A stretch of DNA of 53,064 nucleotides from Candidatus Woesearchaeota archaeon (GCA_964342845.1 CAYFGV010000002.1:1-53064), one strand, 5' to 3'. Shown: positions 8,695 through 18,596, numbered from the stretch's first letter. Notes: generated from the letters alone by a model not told the origin. Made by a program: numbers and translations.

Positions 8695-8958
8695 TCAATA
8701 TCTTACCTCAAAATCTCTAAATTCTCCTTTATATTTTTCTTCTTTAACTTCTATTTTATCTACTCTAGCACCTAAAGGACCTTTTTTACAAAACTTAATC
8801 ACTTCATCTAAATCTTCACCTTCAAAAACAGCTTCTACATGATCATCAACATTCTTAACAAAACCTTTAACTTCTAATTTATCAGCTTTATCTTTAACAT
8901 TATCTCTAAAATAAACACCTTGAACCTTACCATAAATCTTAACATAAAGCCTTTCCAT
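8695..8958 (-). CDS. acyP: acylphosphatase
   Basis: GKVQGVYFR, GFVKN, GPLGARV. Confidence 0.95.
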   Translation of the reverse strand: MERLYVKIYGKVQGVYFRDNVKDKADKLEVKGFVKNVDDHVEAVFEGEDLDEVIKFCKKGPLGARVDKIEVKEEKYKGEFRDFEVRY

Positions 8959-9894
8959 CTACATAACCTTTATCTCAAAATCATCCTGAGCATACAAATA
9001 ACTTCCAATCCCTCTTCCAACTCCGTAACTCATATCGCCCATAACACCAAACAAACTCTCAAAAAAACCCTTGTTAGGAGAATAAACAACTTCTAATAAA
9101 TCTTCATAACCAGTTAATCCTTCAACATAACTAACAACATCTTTTTTATTTCCAATAGAATCAACCAAACCAACCTCTAAAGCCTCATAACCCAAATAAA
9201 ACTTACCATCAGCTAATTCTAAAGCACTTTCATAGCTTATATTTCTATTAAAAGCAACCTCACCAACAAAAAATTCATAAATTCCATCTATTTTCTCCTG
9301 TAAATATACTCTTTCATCTTCACTAAGCTCCCTAAACATACTTCCTGCTTCTTTATAATAACCTGCCGACATTTCCTCATAAGTGATATTATAATCATCC
9401 AAAAAATTACTGAACTGCAAATAAGAACTAACCACACCAACACTTCCAGTAATACTTAAATCATCAACAAAAATCATATCAGCAGCACTAGCAACCCAAT
9501 AAGCTCCAGAAGCACCAACCTCTCTTATTAAGGCAATAGTTGGCTTCTCAACCTCAGCCAAAGCATCTGCTATCTCTTTAGAAGCAACTACAGTACCGCC
9601 AGGACTATTTATCTCAATAACAATAGCTTTCACAGTCTCATCTTCAGCAGCCTGCTCAATCATCTCAACAACAGAACTAGAACTTACTCCAGAACTAAAC
9701 ATATCTGTTTCACCATCAATCATAATCATACCTTCTAAAGGAATAAAAACAAGCTTAGAATCTAAAGCAAAAGCAACACTTTGAATAATAGCAGTTATGA
9801 AAATAAAAGCAATATAAACAGTAACCACACCCCAAAAAATCTTTTTCTTATTCTTCCAGAGATTCCCTAAAAACTCCTCTTTCTTTTTTTTCAT
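8959..9894 (-). CDS. sppA: signal peptide peptidase SppA (S49)
   Basis: INSPGG, GASGAYWVASAAD, ITGSVGV; N-terminal TM. Confidence 0.93.
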   Translation of the reverse strand: MKKKKEEFLGNLWKNKKKIFWGVVTVYIAFIFITAIIQSVAFALDSKLVFIPLEGMIMIDGETDMFSSGVSSSSVVEMIEQAAEDETVKAIVIEINSPGGTVVASKEIADALAEVEKPTIALIREVGASGAYWVASAADMIFVDDLSITGSVGVVSSYLQFSNFLDDYNITYEEMSAGYYKEAGSMFRELSEDERVYLQEKIDGIYEFFVGEVAFNRNISYESALELADGKFYLGYEALEVGLVDSIGNKKDVVSYVEGLTGYEDLLEVVYSPNKGFFESLFGVMGDMSYGVGRGIGSYLYAQDDFEIKVM

Positions 9895-9991
9895 ATAGCT
9901 TTTAAGATTCACTCTTTTTTAAAGTTTGTGTTATCTTCCAGAAAGTAATTTAATTAGTAAACTTAATAAACAAAACCCTTTTTAACAATTT

Positions 9992-10594
9992 ATGGAAATT
10001 TTCAAACAAGAAACAGACAAATCTTGTGGGGTTGCTTGTCTAAGAAGCATTTTTAATCATTATGGAAATAATTTTTCTGAAAAAGATATTTGGGAAAAGA
10101 ATGCTTATTTTGGAACCAAGTATAGAATGTTAAATCCTATGCTTACCTTGGGTGTTGTCGCACTTAAATTTGGATTTGATGTGGAGTATATAGGATATCA
10201 TCCAATAATTGTGAATGGGAATAAAAAAGACACATTAAAAGATTCACTTAAAGAAAAATCAAAGAATAATTTCGATTTTGGAAAATATTATGTTGACAAG
10301 GCTATCGAATTTTTGAATTTAAAGGGCAAAATAACTATTGATAAATTAAATATTAATAAAATAAAAAAAATAATTGATAAAAACCATTTTGCTATTGTGG
10401 AGGTTAAACCTGCAATGCTCGGAATTAGGATCAGTCTCAATATGCATCATAAAGTTATTATTAAAGGATATAATAAAAAAGGATTCAAGGTTTTGGATCC
10501 AAGTGATGCAAAAGAACATTTATTGGACTATGAAAGCTTTTTATTAGCATTTTATGCAGCAATTCCAGAAATGATTATTATTAACAATAAGTAA
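9992..10594 (+). CDS. C39-like cysteine peptidase
   Basis: QETDKSCGVACL (Q-x5-C), H in HHKVIIKGY, VLDPS. Confidence 0.8.
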   Translation: MEIFKQETDKSCGVACLRSIFNHYGNNFSEKDIWEKNAYFGTKYRMLNPMLTLGVVALKFGFDVEYIGYHPIIVNGNKKDTLKDSLKEKSKNNFDFGKYYVDKAIEFLNLKGKITIDKLNINKIKKIIDKNHFAIVEVKPAMLGIRISLNMHHKVIIKGYNKKGFKVLDPSDAKEHLLDYESFLLAFYAAIPEMIIINNK

Positions 10595-10674
10595 TTCTTT
10601 TTCAAAAAACCAGCTTAAGCCAAAAACCCACCAATTAAATACCCTTATATACTACCTCTATTCCTAAAATAACC

Positions 10675-10998
10675 ATGGCAAGAGCTGAACGTTCAAGAAA
10701 TAGAGACTTTAAAGAAGATTCTCCAAGAAGAGATACCAAAAGAAGAAATTCTAGAGGAAGAAGAGATTTCGATAGAGGATCTAACAATCGTAGCAGACCT
10801 AGACGTGATATTGAGATGACTAAAGTTACTTGTTCTGCTTGTGGGGATAAGTGTGAAGTTCCTTTCAAACCAACCTCGAGCAAGCCTGTCTATTGTAGCG
10901 ATTGTTTTTCAAACAAAGATAAATCTAGTTCTAATAGAGATTTAGATATAATTAATGAAAAACTTGACAAAATAATGGAAGCTTTAGAGATTGAATAA
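10675..10998 (+). CDS. CxxC-x17-CxxC zinc-ribbon protein with Arg-rich N-terminus
   Basis: CSACGDKCEVPFKPTSSKPVYCSDCF. Confidence 0.9.
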   Translation: MARAERSRNRDFKEDSPRRDTKRRNSRGRRDFDRGSNNRSRPRRDIEMTKVTCSACGDKCEVPFKPTSSKPVYCSDCFSNKDKSSSNRDLDIINEKLDKIMEALEIE

Positions 10999-11038
10999 AT
11001 AAAATATAAGATATTTTTTGATTTCTAGTCTTTTAGGT

Positions 11039-11620
11039 TTATTCTTTTTTAGAAAGTTTTCTTCTAGAAAAAGTATGCCTTTTTTCCACAATGTAGTTGA
11101 GAACTATTGAGGCAGAAGAACTCAGATTCATACTTTCAATGATCCCATACATAGGGATTTGAATACAGAAATCACAAGATTCTAATGCTTCTTGTGACAA
11201 CCCTCGTGTCTCATTACCAAACCATACAGCCAAATAAGGTTGTGTATACTTCCCTTTAGAAAGAGGGACGTTCTTTTTACCTAATGGATGCGGAGAGGTC
11301 CCTACATTTGTAAACTTATTTTTAGCCAAGTGCTGCAAGCATTCAGCTGTTGAAGAAAACCTTTTCACAAAAAGCCATTTAATTCCAGAAGAACTTAAAT
11401 TAAGTAATTTAGGATCTTCACGCATCTTTTGCCAATCCTTTGGAAGTTTCAATCTATCGTCATCAATTAAATATAACTTGCCTACACCCAATGTTTCAGC
11501 TGTCCTAACGATCCCCATCAAATTATTGACGAGTTTAGGTTTTTCAACAACACAAACTAATGTTCTAGATCTAAAAACCGAGGCTTTATTAGCTTTTTTT
11601 CGCAGAGATATTCGTGACAT
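11039..11620 (-). CDS. TrmH/SpoU-family RNA methyltransferase
   Basis: N.MGIVRT, FGNETRGLS, IPMYGIIESMNLS SPOUT motifs. Confidence 0.92.
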   Translation of the reverse strand: MSRISLRKKANKASVFRSRTLVCVVEKPKLVNNLMGIVRTAETLGVGKLYLIDDDRLKLPKDWQKMREDPKLLNLSSSGIKWLFVKRFSSTAECLQHLAKNKFTNVGTSPHPLGKKNVPLSKGKYTQPYLAVWFGNETRGLSQEALESCDFCIQIPMYGIIESMNLSSSASIVLNYIVEKRHTFSRRKLSKKE

Positions 11621-11702
11621 TTTTGTTATCTATATTAAGATACTGATTTAAATAATTTTTTAAATTTAATAAAATTTACCTCTCCCAACCATTTTAAACA
11701 CG

Positions 11703-12356
11703 TCAAAACCTCTAAAAACACTATAAAATTTTATAAAAAACTTTAATCTTCACGTAATATCTCTTCAGTATCCTCAACAAGTTCTGCCACATCCCATCCC
11801 ATATTTAAGTCAATAAAAGGAAGAAGAATATTTTTAAAGTAGGTTCTCACAGCATAATCAGTTCCTGCACCAAACATGCCACCATCTTTTAAAGGCCATC
11901 TTTTTTCATATCCTCCAGTATCACTTTCAGCATATAAATAATCTCCAGGAGACGGACGACCCTTTGGAACAATATCTCTAATAGAGTACCTCATCGCCTG
12001 TCTGGTTTTATGACCTTCCTCGATCTCTCTAATTCTCTCAAGTTCTATCTCGTAGGTTGACATCATCCAATTATTTTCTACGTCAACAGAAGAAATAGCG
12101 GAGTTTCCTACATCTAACGCATTAAATACATTCCCTAAAACATTTCCAGTACCTGTTTTACTTGAATAGGAAGTCAGTGTCACGTATCCGCCAATTAATA
12201 TTAATGCTAGGGAAAGAGTTTTCTTTAATCTAGAGGGTGGCCTTACACTCTCAGGTTCTATAGGTATTCCACAATCCCCTTCCCTTCTTAATTTTGACGA
12301 ATAATCTACCATTTTTACCAAATAAAGGAAAACCTCTACTTTTTTAGAGGTTTTGA
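11703..12356. repeat. 16-bp perfect inverted repeat TCAAAACCTCTAAAAA at 11703-11718 / 12341-12356 flanking one gene
   Basis: Read directly; third partial copy AAAACCTCTA at 12330-12339 forms a local palindrome. Confidence 0.65.
11743..12312 (-). CDS. hypothetical membrane-anchored protein
   Basis: One TM segment; start moved to MVDYSS at 12312. Confidence 0.6.
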   Translation of the reverse strand: MVDYSSKLRREGDCGIPIEPESVRPPSRLKKTLSLALILIGGYVTLTSYSSKTGTGNVLGNVFNALDVGNSAISSVDVENNWMMSTYEIELERIREIEEGHKTRQAMRYSIRDIVPKGRPSPGDYLYAESDTGGYEKRWPLKDGGMFGAGTDYAVRTYFKNILLPFIDLNMGWDVAELVEDTEEILRED

Positions 12357-12393
12357 TAACCTTTTTAAACACCCAAAACCTAAAAAAAACCCT

Positions 12394-12564
12394 ATGAAAT
12401 CAGACATTAAATCAAGACTAGAAGAAGCAGAAAGAAATTTTAGATTCGAATACAGAGAAGAACTACTCTCAACAAGAGAAGAAGATACAGAAAGAGCTGC
12501 AAAAGGATATGAAACACATGTCGCACCTCTAAAAAAAGAATACGACGAACTCTATCAAAAATAA
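12394..12564 (+). CDS. hypothetical 56-aa helical protein (not in ORF track)
   Basis: MKSDIKSRLEEAERNFRFEYREELL...YDELYQK; TATA about 25 nt upstream; abuts elp3. Confidence 0.6.
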   Translation: MKSDIKSRLEEAERNFRFEYREELLSTREEDTERAAKGYETHVAPLKKEYDELYQK

Positions 12565-12566
12565 TA

Positions 12567-14213
12567 ATGAAATCCTACATAAAAGAACTACTAGAAAACA
12601 TAAACAATAACACTTCTCAACATAAATTAAACTCTATTAAATCAAAACTAGCAAAAAAATACAAACTAAAAAAAATCCCAACAAACATAGAAATAATCCA
12701 CCATTTAACTTCTAAACAAAAAGAAAAATACAAAAATACAATAAAAACAAAACCAGTAAGAACAATTTCAGGAGTAGCTCCTTTAGCTATTATGACTTCT
12801 CCAGCAAAATGTCCACATGGAAAATGCACTTATTGTCCTGGAGGACCAAACTCAACTTTCGGTACAACACCTCAATCATACACAGGAAGAGAACCAGCAA
12901 CAATGAGAGCAATAAGAAACAATTACGACCCTTACCTTCAAGTTTTCAACAGATTAGAACAATACACTCTATTAAACCAAACAATAGAAAAAATAGAATT
13001 AATCATAATGGGAGGAACATTCCCAGCAAGAACAATAGAATATCAAGATAGTTTCATAACATTCGCCTTAAAAGCACTAAACGACTTCTCAGATCTATTC
13101 TATAAAAACAACAAATTCAATCTAGAAAAATTCAAAACCTTCTTTGAACTTCCAGGAGATAAAAACAACATAAAAAGAACAAAATCAATACAAGGTAAAA
13201 TCTTAAAACTAAAAAAAACTTCAAACTTAAAAAAAGAACAACTAAGAAATGAAACTTCTAACATAAGAGCAATAGCTATCTGTATAGAAACAAGACCAGA
13301 CTATGGAAAACTAGCCCATGGAAACCAAATGTTAAGATTAGGAGCAACAAGAGTTGAACTAGGGATACAATCTGTATATGACGACGTATTAAAAAAAGTA
13401 AAAAGAGGACACACAACCAAAGATTCTAAAGAATCAATTAAAACCTTAAGAAATTTAGGTTTCAAGATATCAACCCACTATATGCTTGGACTTCCATTAA
13501 CACCAGAAAAAAAAGACTATCAAGGAATAAAAATATTATTCAAAGACTACAAACCAGACATGCTAAAATTATATCCTTGCTTACTTGCAAAAGGAACAGA
13601 ACTTTACAAAGATAAAAAATTCAAACCTTTAACAACAAAAAGAGCAATCCACCTAATCTCAAAAATTAAACCTTTAATACCTGAATACACAAGAATACAA
13701 AGAATTCAAAGAGATATTCCATCAAAACATATAGAAGCAGGAGTATTAGTAACAAACCTAAGACAATATATTAAAAACACAAACTGCAGATGCATTAGAT
13801 GTAGAGAAATAGGTCATATTAAAGACTTAAAAGATAAAAACCACCATATAACAATCTCTCACTATAAAGCCTCAGACGGAGATGAATTCTTTATCTCAGC
13901 TGAAAACAAACAAGCTCTATTTGGTTATTGTAGGCTAAGATTTCCTTCACAACAATTAAGAAAAGAAATAACAAAAGACTCAGCCATAATTAGAGAGATA
14001 CATGTTTACTCTTCATCCATTCCATTAAAACAAACTTCAAAAGATTCAATCCAACACAAAGGAATAGGAAAAAAACTTCTTAAAACAGCAGAAAGAATAG
14101 CAAAATCAAATAAAAAGAATAAAATGGTAGTAATCTCTGGAATAGGGGTTAGAGAATATTTCAAAAAATTAAATTACAAAAAACAAGGACCATATATGAT
14201 CAAAAGAATCTAA
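12567..14213 (+). CDS. elp3: Elp3 tRNA uridine(34) acetyltransferase (radical SAM + GNAT)
   Basis: KPVRTISGVA, CPHGKCTYCPGG, ETRPD, QHKGIGK, VISGIGVREY. Confidence 0.96.
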   Translation: MKSYIKELLENINNNTSQHKLNSIKSKLAKKYKLKKIPTNIEIIHHLTSKQKEKYKNTIKTKPVRTISGVAPLAIMTSPAKCPHGKCTYCPGGPNSTFGTTPQSYTGREPATMRAIRNNYDPYLQVFNRLEQYTLLNQTIEKIELIIMGGTFPARTIEYQDSFITFALKALNDFSDLFYKNNKFNLEKFKTFFELPGDKNNIKRTKSIQGKILKLKKTSNLKKEQLRNETSNIRAIAICIETRPDYGKLAHGNQMLRLGATRVELGIQSVYDDVLKKVKRGHTTKDSKESIKTLRNLGFKISTHYMLGLPLTPEKKDYQGIKILFKDYKPDMLKLYPCLLAKGTELYKDKKFKPLTTKRAIHLISKIKPLIPEYTRIQRIQRDIPSKHIEAGVLVTNLRQYIKNTNCRCIRCREIGHIKDLKDKNHHITISHYKASDGDEFFISAENKQALFGYCRLRFPSQQLRKEITKDSAIIREIHVYSSSIPLKQTSKDSIQHKGIGKKLLKTAERIAKSNKKNKMVVISGIGVREYFKKLNYKKQGPYMIKRI

Positions 14214-15811
14214 TAATAAGATTGAGGAAGATCACTTTCTTCTGATGGTTTTGCTTTAACAACTCTTTTTCTTTTCTTGCAACAGTTTTTATAATAACCA
14301 TAGATTGCGATAACACCTAGAACAACAATTATAAAGGCAATTAAGGAAATCCAGCCCCAATTATAATCTGTTTCTTCAACACCACTAACAAAAGGTTTTC
14401 CATCATTATAATAAATAAAACTATCATCTTCATCATAGTAATAATAGTTATCTCCACCATCGTCTTCGTCATAATAATAATAGTTGTCTTCATCATCATC
14501 CCAGACATAATGATAATCAGCATGAATTCTTAAAGTAAATTGTTCAGTATCATAACCACCCTTGCCATCTGAAACAGTAATTGTTATCTCATAAGTTCCA
14601 ACATCTCTCCAATCAGGAGTAAATCTTATTTCTCCAGTTGAAGAATCAATATCAAATAAACTAGTGTCATCTGAAAAACTTAAACTATCTCCATCAACAT
14701 CATATGCATCAACATTATAATAAAATTCACGATCTTCTTCACCATATAAATACCCTATACTATAAATTACAGGAGCATTATTTCCATCTCCATCGTCACC
14801 ATCTTCCACATAAGGGTCAGGTATTTCTTCTGTATTCTTAACAGTAATCTTAATTGTTTCAGAATCTTCTAATTCACCATCACTAACAGTAAAAGTTATA
14901 TAATAATATCCAGCATCAGAATAATCTGTTTGCCATGAAAAATATCCACCGCTTGTAAAACTAGCTCCAGAAGGCAATCCACTAGCACTAAAACTTAGCT
15001 CATCTCCATCTTCATCACTAGCACTAACTGTAAAAGATAATTTAGCACCTTCAACAGTTTCTTTATTTCCAATCTCCTTTAATTCAGGAGCAGTATTTTC
15101 ATCCCCATTATCTTGTGGAACATCATTAACAGTAATCTTAACAACTTCATAAGCATCTAAATTGCCATCACTAACAGTAAAAGTTACATAGTAAGTTCCA
15201 GCATCAGAATAATCTGTTTGCCACGAAAAATCAGCAGTTCCATCTCCATTGTCTACAAAACTAGCCCCATAAGGGTTTCCTAATATTGAAAAACTTAAAC
15301 AATCACCATCAGCATCACTAGCACTAATTGGAATAGTTAATTTATTTCCTTCATCAACAGATTTAGATCCTATAGAATCCAACTCAGGAGCATTATTTTG
15401 CTCTTCAGGTGGTTCTCCAGAAGGGTTAACAGTTAAGCTTAAGTCCTCATAATCAGAATAAGAACCATCTTCTCCAATAACCCTAATAATATAATTTCCT
15501 TCCTCACCATAATCACTTTCTGTTATTGTAAAATAATTCCAATACTCTTTTCCATTAAAACTATCAGAAGCTATAACACTAACTAAATCATAATTATTAT
15601 CTAATAAATTTATTTCATATTCTATTCCGTCTTTTGTAGTACTTATCCATACAAAAAGCTCAGCAGATTCACCTTCAGTAATTGTAACACTTGTTCCACC
15701 ATTATCAACCCAATAACTAGTAGTTACAATAGCTGCAGAAACAGGAACCACATTAATTAAACTAAATACAAATAAAAACAATACCAATAACTTTAATTTA
15801 TTCTTTATCAT
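14210..15811 (-). CDS. cell-surface protein with tandem Ig-like/cadherin-like domains and C-terminal TM
   Basis: Signal peptide; three N.AP...ASD.DGD.LSFS...FTVSDG repeats; Tyr/Asp linker; TM. Confidence 0.85.
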   Translation of the reverse strand: MIKNKLKLLVLFLFVFSLINVVPVSAAIVTTSYWVDNGGTSVTITEGESAELFVWISTTKDGIEYEINLLDNNYDLVSVIASDSFNGKEYWNYFTITESDYGEEGNYIIRVIGEDGSYSDYEDLSLTVNPSGEPPEEQNNAPELDSIGSKSVDEGNKLTIPISASDADGDCLSFSILGNPYGASFVDNGDGTADFSWQTDYSDAGTYYVTFTVSDGNLDAYEVVKITVNDVPQDNGDENTAPELKEIGNKETVEGAKLSFTVSASDEDGDELSFSASGLPSGASFTSGGYFSWQTDYSDAGYYYITFTVSDGELEDSETIKITVKNTEEIPDPYVEDGDDGDGNNAPVIYSIGYLYGEEDREFYYNVDAYDVDGDSLSFSDDTSLFDIDSSTGEIRFTPDWRDVGTYEITITVSDGKGGYDTEQFTLRIHADYHYVWDDDEDNYYYYDEDDGGDNYYYYDEDDSFIYYNDGKPFVSGVEETDYNWGWISLIAFIIVVLGVIAIYGYYKNCCKKRKRVVKAKPSEESDLPQSYY

Positions 15812-17033
15812 CTTCCTTTATAATTTCTACTAAATTAACTCCTACATTTACACCATAATTATTACCTTTAATATCGTCACTAGTCCAAAAACCTCCAATG
15901 TAAAATTTACCAAAATTCAAACCAGCTTCTAACCCATATAATGTACTAGAATTAGTAACATCTTCAGAAGGATTTTCGTCATATCCTATAGTATTCCCAG
16001 TCTTATCAATCTGTTTAACCCCTTCTGTCTCAGAAACTCTCTCAGAAACATATCCTAGTTTTCCTGTAAGTGTAAAATTACTTTTATTTAATGAAGCATT
16101 AACATGAACTTCTTCAATAGATTTAGTTTCTCTATTAGTATACCATTCACTATGCCCGCCTTCAGGATTATCATCTCCTACAATAGTTGAAATATCTGAA
16201 CTAAAATCAGCAAAACTTCTGCCATATCCTGTCCCTAAACCAAAATTTTCTGAAATATTATAAACAAAGTCTAAAGTAGCAAACTGATCTCCAGGAACAT
16301 ACCCTGCTGATATTCTTGTTTTAATTTTTTTAATGGAATCTTCCTCTTCCTTTTCTTGTATCGTTTCTTCTTTAATTTCTTCCTTTTTCACCCTTTCCGT
16401 TGTAATATTTAATAATTTAGCTCCATCAGAAGTTACAATATAAGTATCACCGCTTCCTGTTTCATTAAATATATAAAAACTATTTTCTTCTCTCTTTTTA
16501 TCTTTAATTACAACATTCTCCGACTCTTCACTTCTTTTATCAACAACAAAAAAATCACCTACAACACTTGCAACTTGTTGTCCATCATGACTAGCTCCAC
16601 CTATTAGTTTATATCTACCAGGCTCTAATTCGTCATAACAAATTTCATAATCCTTTCCAATTTTTATCACTTCTTTAGAAGGCTCATCCCCATTAAATCT
16701 TAAAAGATAATATTCTACAGGCAAGTTACTAAGTTCTTTCTTCTCATCTGCACTTAATTCCTTCTCAGCTCCATTTCCAAAAACTGTTTCCTTGGTTTCA
16801 AAATTCATACATTCATCAGGCTCTAAAACAAGACTCTCTAACCTCTCTGAGACACCGAGATCAAAGTCTACACCATCCTTTTTCACTTCAACTTCTGGAA
16901 TAACAACAACATTGTGCTGTTTTTGTGTACCTTCGGTGTATAATTTATCTTTATTAACACCTGCATAAGCAAAACTAGTAAAAAAAGAAAGTAAAGTAGT
17001 TCCAATAAGTCCTAATTTAGTGGAATATTTCAT
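15798..17033 (-). CDS. secreted protein with C-terminal beta-barrel-like domain
   Basis: Signal peptide ending AYA; eight alternating amphipathic Gly/aromatic strands in the last ~180 aa. Confidence 0.65.
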   Translation of the reverse strand: MKYSTKLGLIGTTLLSFFTSFAYAGVNKDKLYTEGTQKQHNVVVIPEVEVKKDGVDFDLGVSERLESLVLEPDECMNFETKETVFGNGAEKELSADEKKELSNLPVEYYLLRFNGDEPSKEVIKIGKDYEICYDELEPGRYKLIGGASHDGQQVASVVGDFFVVDKRSEESENVVIKDKKREENSFYIFNETGSGDTYIVTSDGAKLLNITTERVKKEEIKEETIQEKEEEDSIKKIKTRISAGYVPGDQFATLDFVYNISENFGLGTGYGRSFADFSSDISTIVGDDNPEGGHSEWYTNRETKSIEEVHVNASLNKSNFTLTGKLGYVSERVSETEGVKQIDKTGNTIGYDENPSEDVTNSSTLYGLEAGLNFGKFYIGGFWTSDDIKGNNYGVNVGVNLVEIIKEDDKE

Positions 17034-17035
17034 TC

Positions 17036-17539
17036 TTACTTTGTTTCATCTTGAATAGCAGTTTCTGTACTATCTGATTGACCTGCTAAACTATCTGGTT
17101 GAGTAATAGCCTGGATAAATGCCTGAACAATCTCTTCTTCTGGCATATTAACTCTTACTTTATTACTTTCGTTTCCTATATAAGCAATGTCTTCAGCTTT
17201 AGTATTCACTTCATTACTATCACCAGGTGCATAGATTAGTGTAGGATTTTCATTATTACTATGAACATCATTGTTCTTCCCTAGTAAAACATATAAATCT
17301 CCCTTACTATAAATAAAAGTCTCATTATCACTCTTATAAACTCTTCCCACATTTTCAGCTTCATAACCTTCATTCGCACCAATAGTCTTTGCATTCTCAA
17401 TTAACTGCTCTAACTTAGGTTCATAAGCAGGTGTAGAATCTATAGGCTGAACTGGCGTTCCTTTTGATGCACAACCTACTGTAAAAGCTGTCAAAACTCC
17501 TAAACCTAAATCTCTACCATATCTTAAATATTTATTCAT
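17036..17539 (-). CDS. putative lipoprotein
   Basis: Basic N-region, hydrophobic stretch, TVGC lipobox-like. Confidence 0.6.
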   Translation of the reverse strand: MNKYLRYGRDLGLGVLTAFTVGCASKGTPVQPIDSTPAYEPKLEQLIENAKTIGANEGYEAENVGRVYKSDNETFIYSKGDLYVLLGKNNDVHSNNENPTLIYAPGDSNEVNTKAEDIAYIGNESNKVRVNMPEEEIVQAFIQAITQPDSLAGQSDSTETAIQDETK

Positions 17540-17587
17540 TTTTATATTTCTCCATTAAATTTCATTAAAAAACACAATATACCATTA

Positions 17588-17616
17588 TTTATAAACCTTT
17601 CGTTTCTGTAACCACT
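17588..17616 (-). promoter_or_regulatory. extended promoter AGTGGTTACAGAAACGAAAGGTTTATAAA (upstream box + BRE + TATA)
   Basis: Near-identical copy at 23859-23886; related copies at 8440-8467 and 35091-35116. Confidence 0.7.
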
Positions 17617-17670
17617 CTAAAATAATTAAACAAAAACATTTATAAACCAAAAAACCTTCAAAAGACCAAC

Positions 17671-17922
17671 ATGGAACTAGGCGGTAACATAGAATTAATA
17701 AATTTCGACGACATAGAACATGGAAAATTAATTGTAATAAAGAAATTAATAGGCAACCTAACTAAAGAAATTACAGATAAAAACTTCAAAAATATAAAAA
17801 TAGAACTAAATAATAAAGAAATAGATATAAAATTAACCTTAAAAGATAAAATAAAAACCTCTAAAGAATCAGACGAAAACATATTCTATGCAATAAATAA
17901 AGCATTCAAAAAACTTAAATAA
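17671..17922 (+). CDS. small protein, possible HPF/RaiA-like fold
   Basis: Predicted beta-alpha-beta-beta-beta-alpha pattern ending NIFYAINKAFKKL. Confidence 0.5.
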   Translation: MELGGNIELINFDDIEHGKLIVIKKLIGNLTKEITDKNFKNIKIELNNKEIDIKLTLKDKIKTSKESDENIFYAINKAFKKLK

Positions 17923-17956
17923 AAAGCTTTATAAAACAACATAACCTCTACTTTCT

Positions 17957-18253
17957 ATGGTAAAAAGAATAGGCGGTCTAAGAAGAAAATCTAGGCACAA
18001 ATTAAAAAGAAACATAAGAGAAAGAGGGAAGCTTTCCTTAAGTAAGTTTTTTCAAACTTTCAAAATAGGAGAAAAAGCAACAATAATGGCTAATTCAGCA
18101 ATTCAAAAAGCATTACCTCCTTTAAGATTACACGGAAAAACAGGAGAAGTAACTAAAAAACAAGGATCATGCTATTATATAAAGATAAAAGACCATAATA
18201 AAACAAAACAAATAATAACACACCCAACACACTTAAAAAAATGTCAAAAATAG
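17957..18253 (+). CDS. rpl21e: 50S ribosomal protein L21e
   Basis: RRKSRHKL, RLHGKTG, HPTHL. Confidence 0.95.
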   Translation: MVKRIGGLRRKSRHKLKRNIRERGKLSLSKFFQTFKIGEKATIMANSAIQKALPPLRLHGKTGEVTKKQGSCYYIKIKDHNKTKQIITHPTHLKKCQK

Positions 18254-18585
18254 AAATATTGCAGGAAGAACCTTTAGCTTTACACGAAATAAAGGAAAAA
18301 CTTAGTGAAGTTAAAAAAAGAGATAAAGAATTAAGCTTTAGAACAAATAAAGCTGAAGAATACCTAAACATAATCACAAAAGTAAAGCTTAAAAAGCCAA
18401 AAGACTTAGAAAAAGAGTTAAATGCATTAAAATTTCAAAGATTAAAATCAAAACAAATAAAGAAGATAATTGACTTACAACCAATAGACTTAGACAGTCT
18501 AAAAATAGTATTATCTAACGAAAACTTAACATTAAAACAAGAAGAATTACAAAAAATCGTTGAAACAGTGAAGAAACATGTTTAA
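18241..18585 (+). CDS. rpoF: RNA polymerase subunit F (Rpo4)
   Basis: ELSFR...A.EYL, KIIDLQP; conserved position after rpl21e. Confidence 0.9.
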   Translation: MSKIEILQEEPLALHEIKEKLSEVKKRDKELSFRTNKAEEYLNIITKVKLKKPKDLEKELNALKFQRLKSKQIKKIIDLQPIDLDSLKIVLSNENLTLKQEELQKIVETVKKHV

Positions 18586-18596
18586 AAACAAAAAAA

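Noticed and set aside
14870..15330. DNA-level repeats within the Ig-domain gene
   Set aside because: Explained by tandem domain duplication, not a separate element
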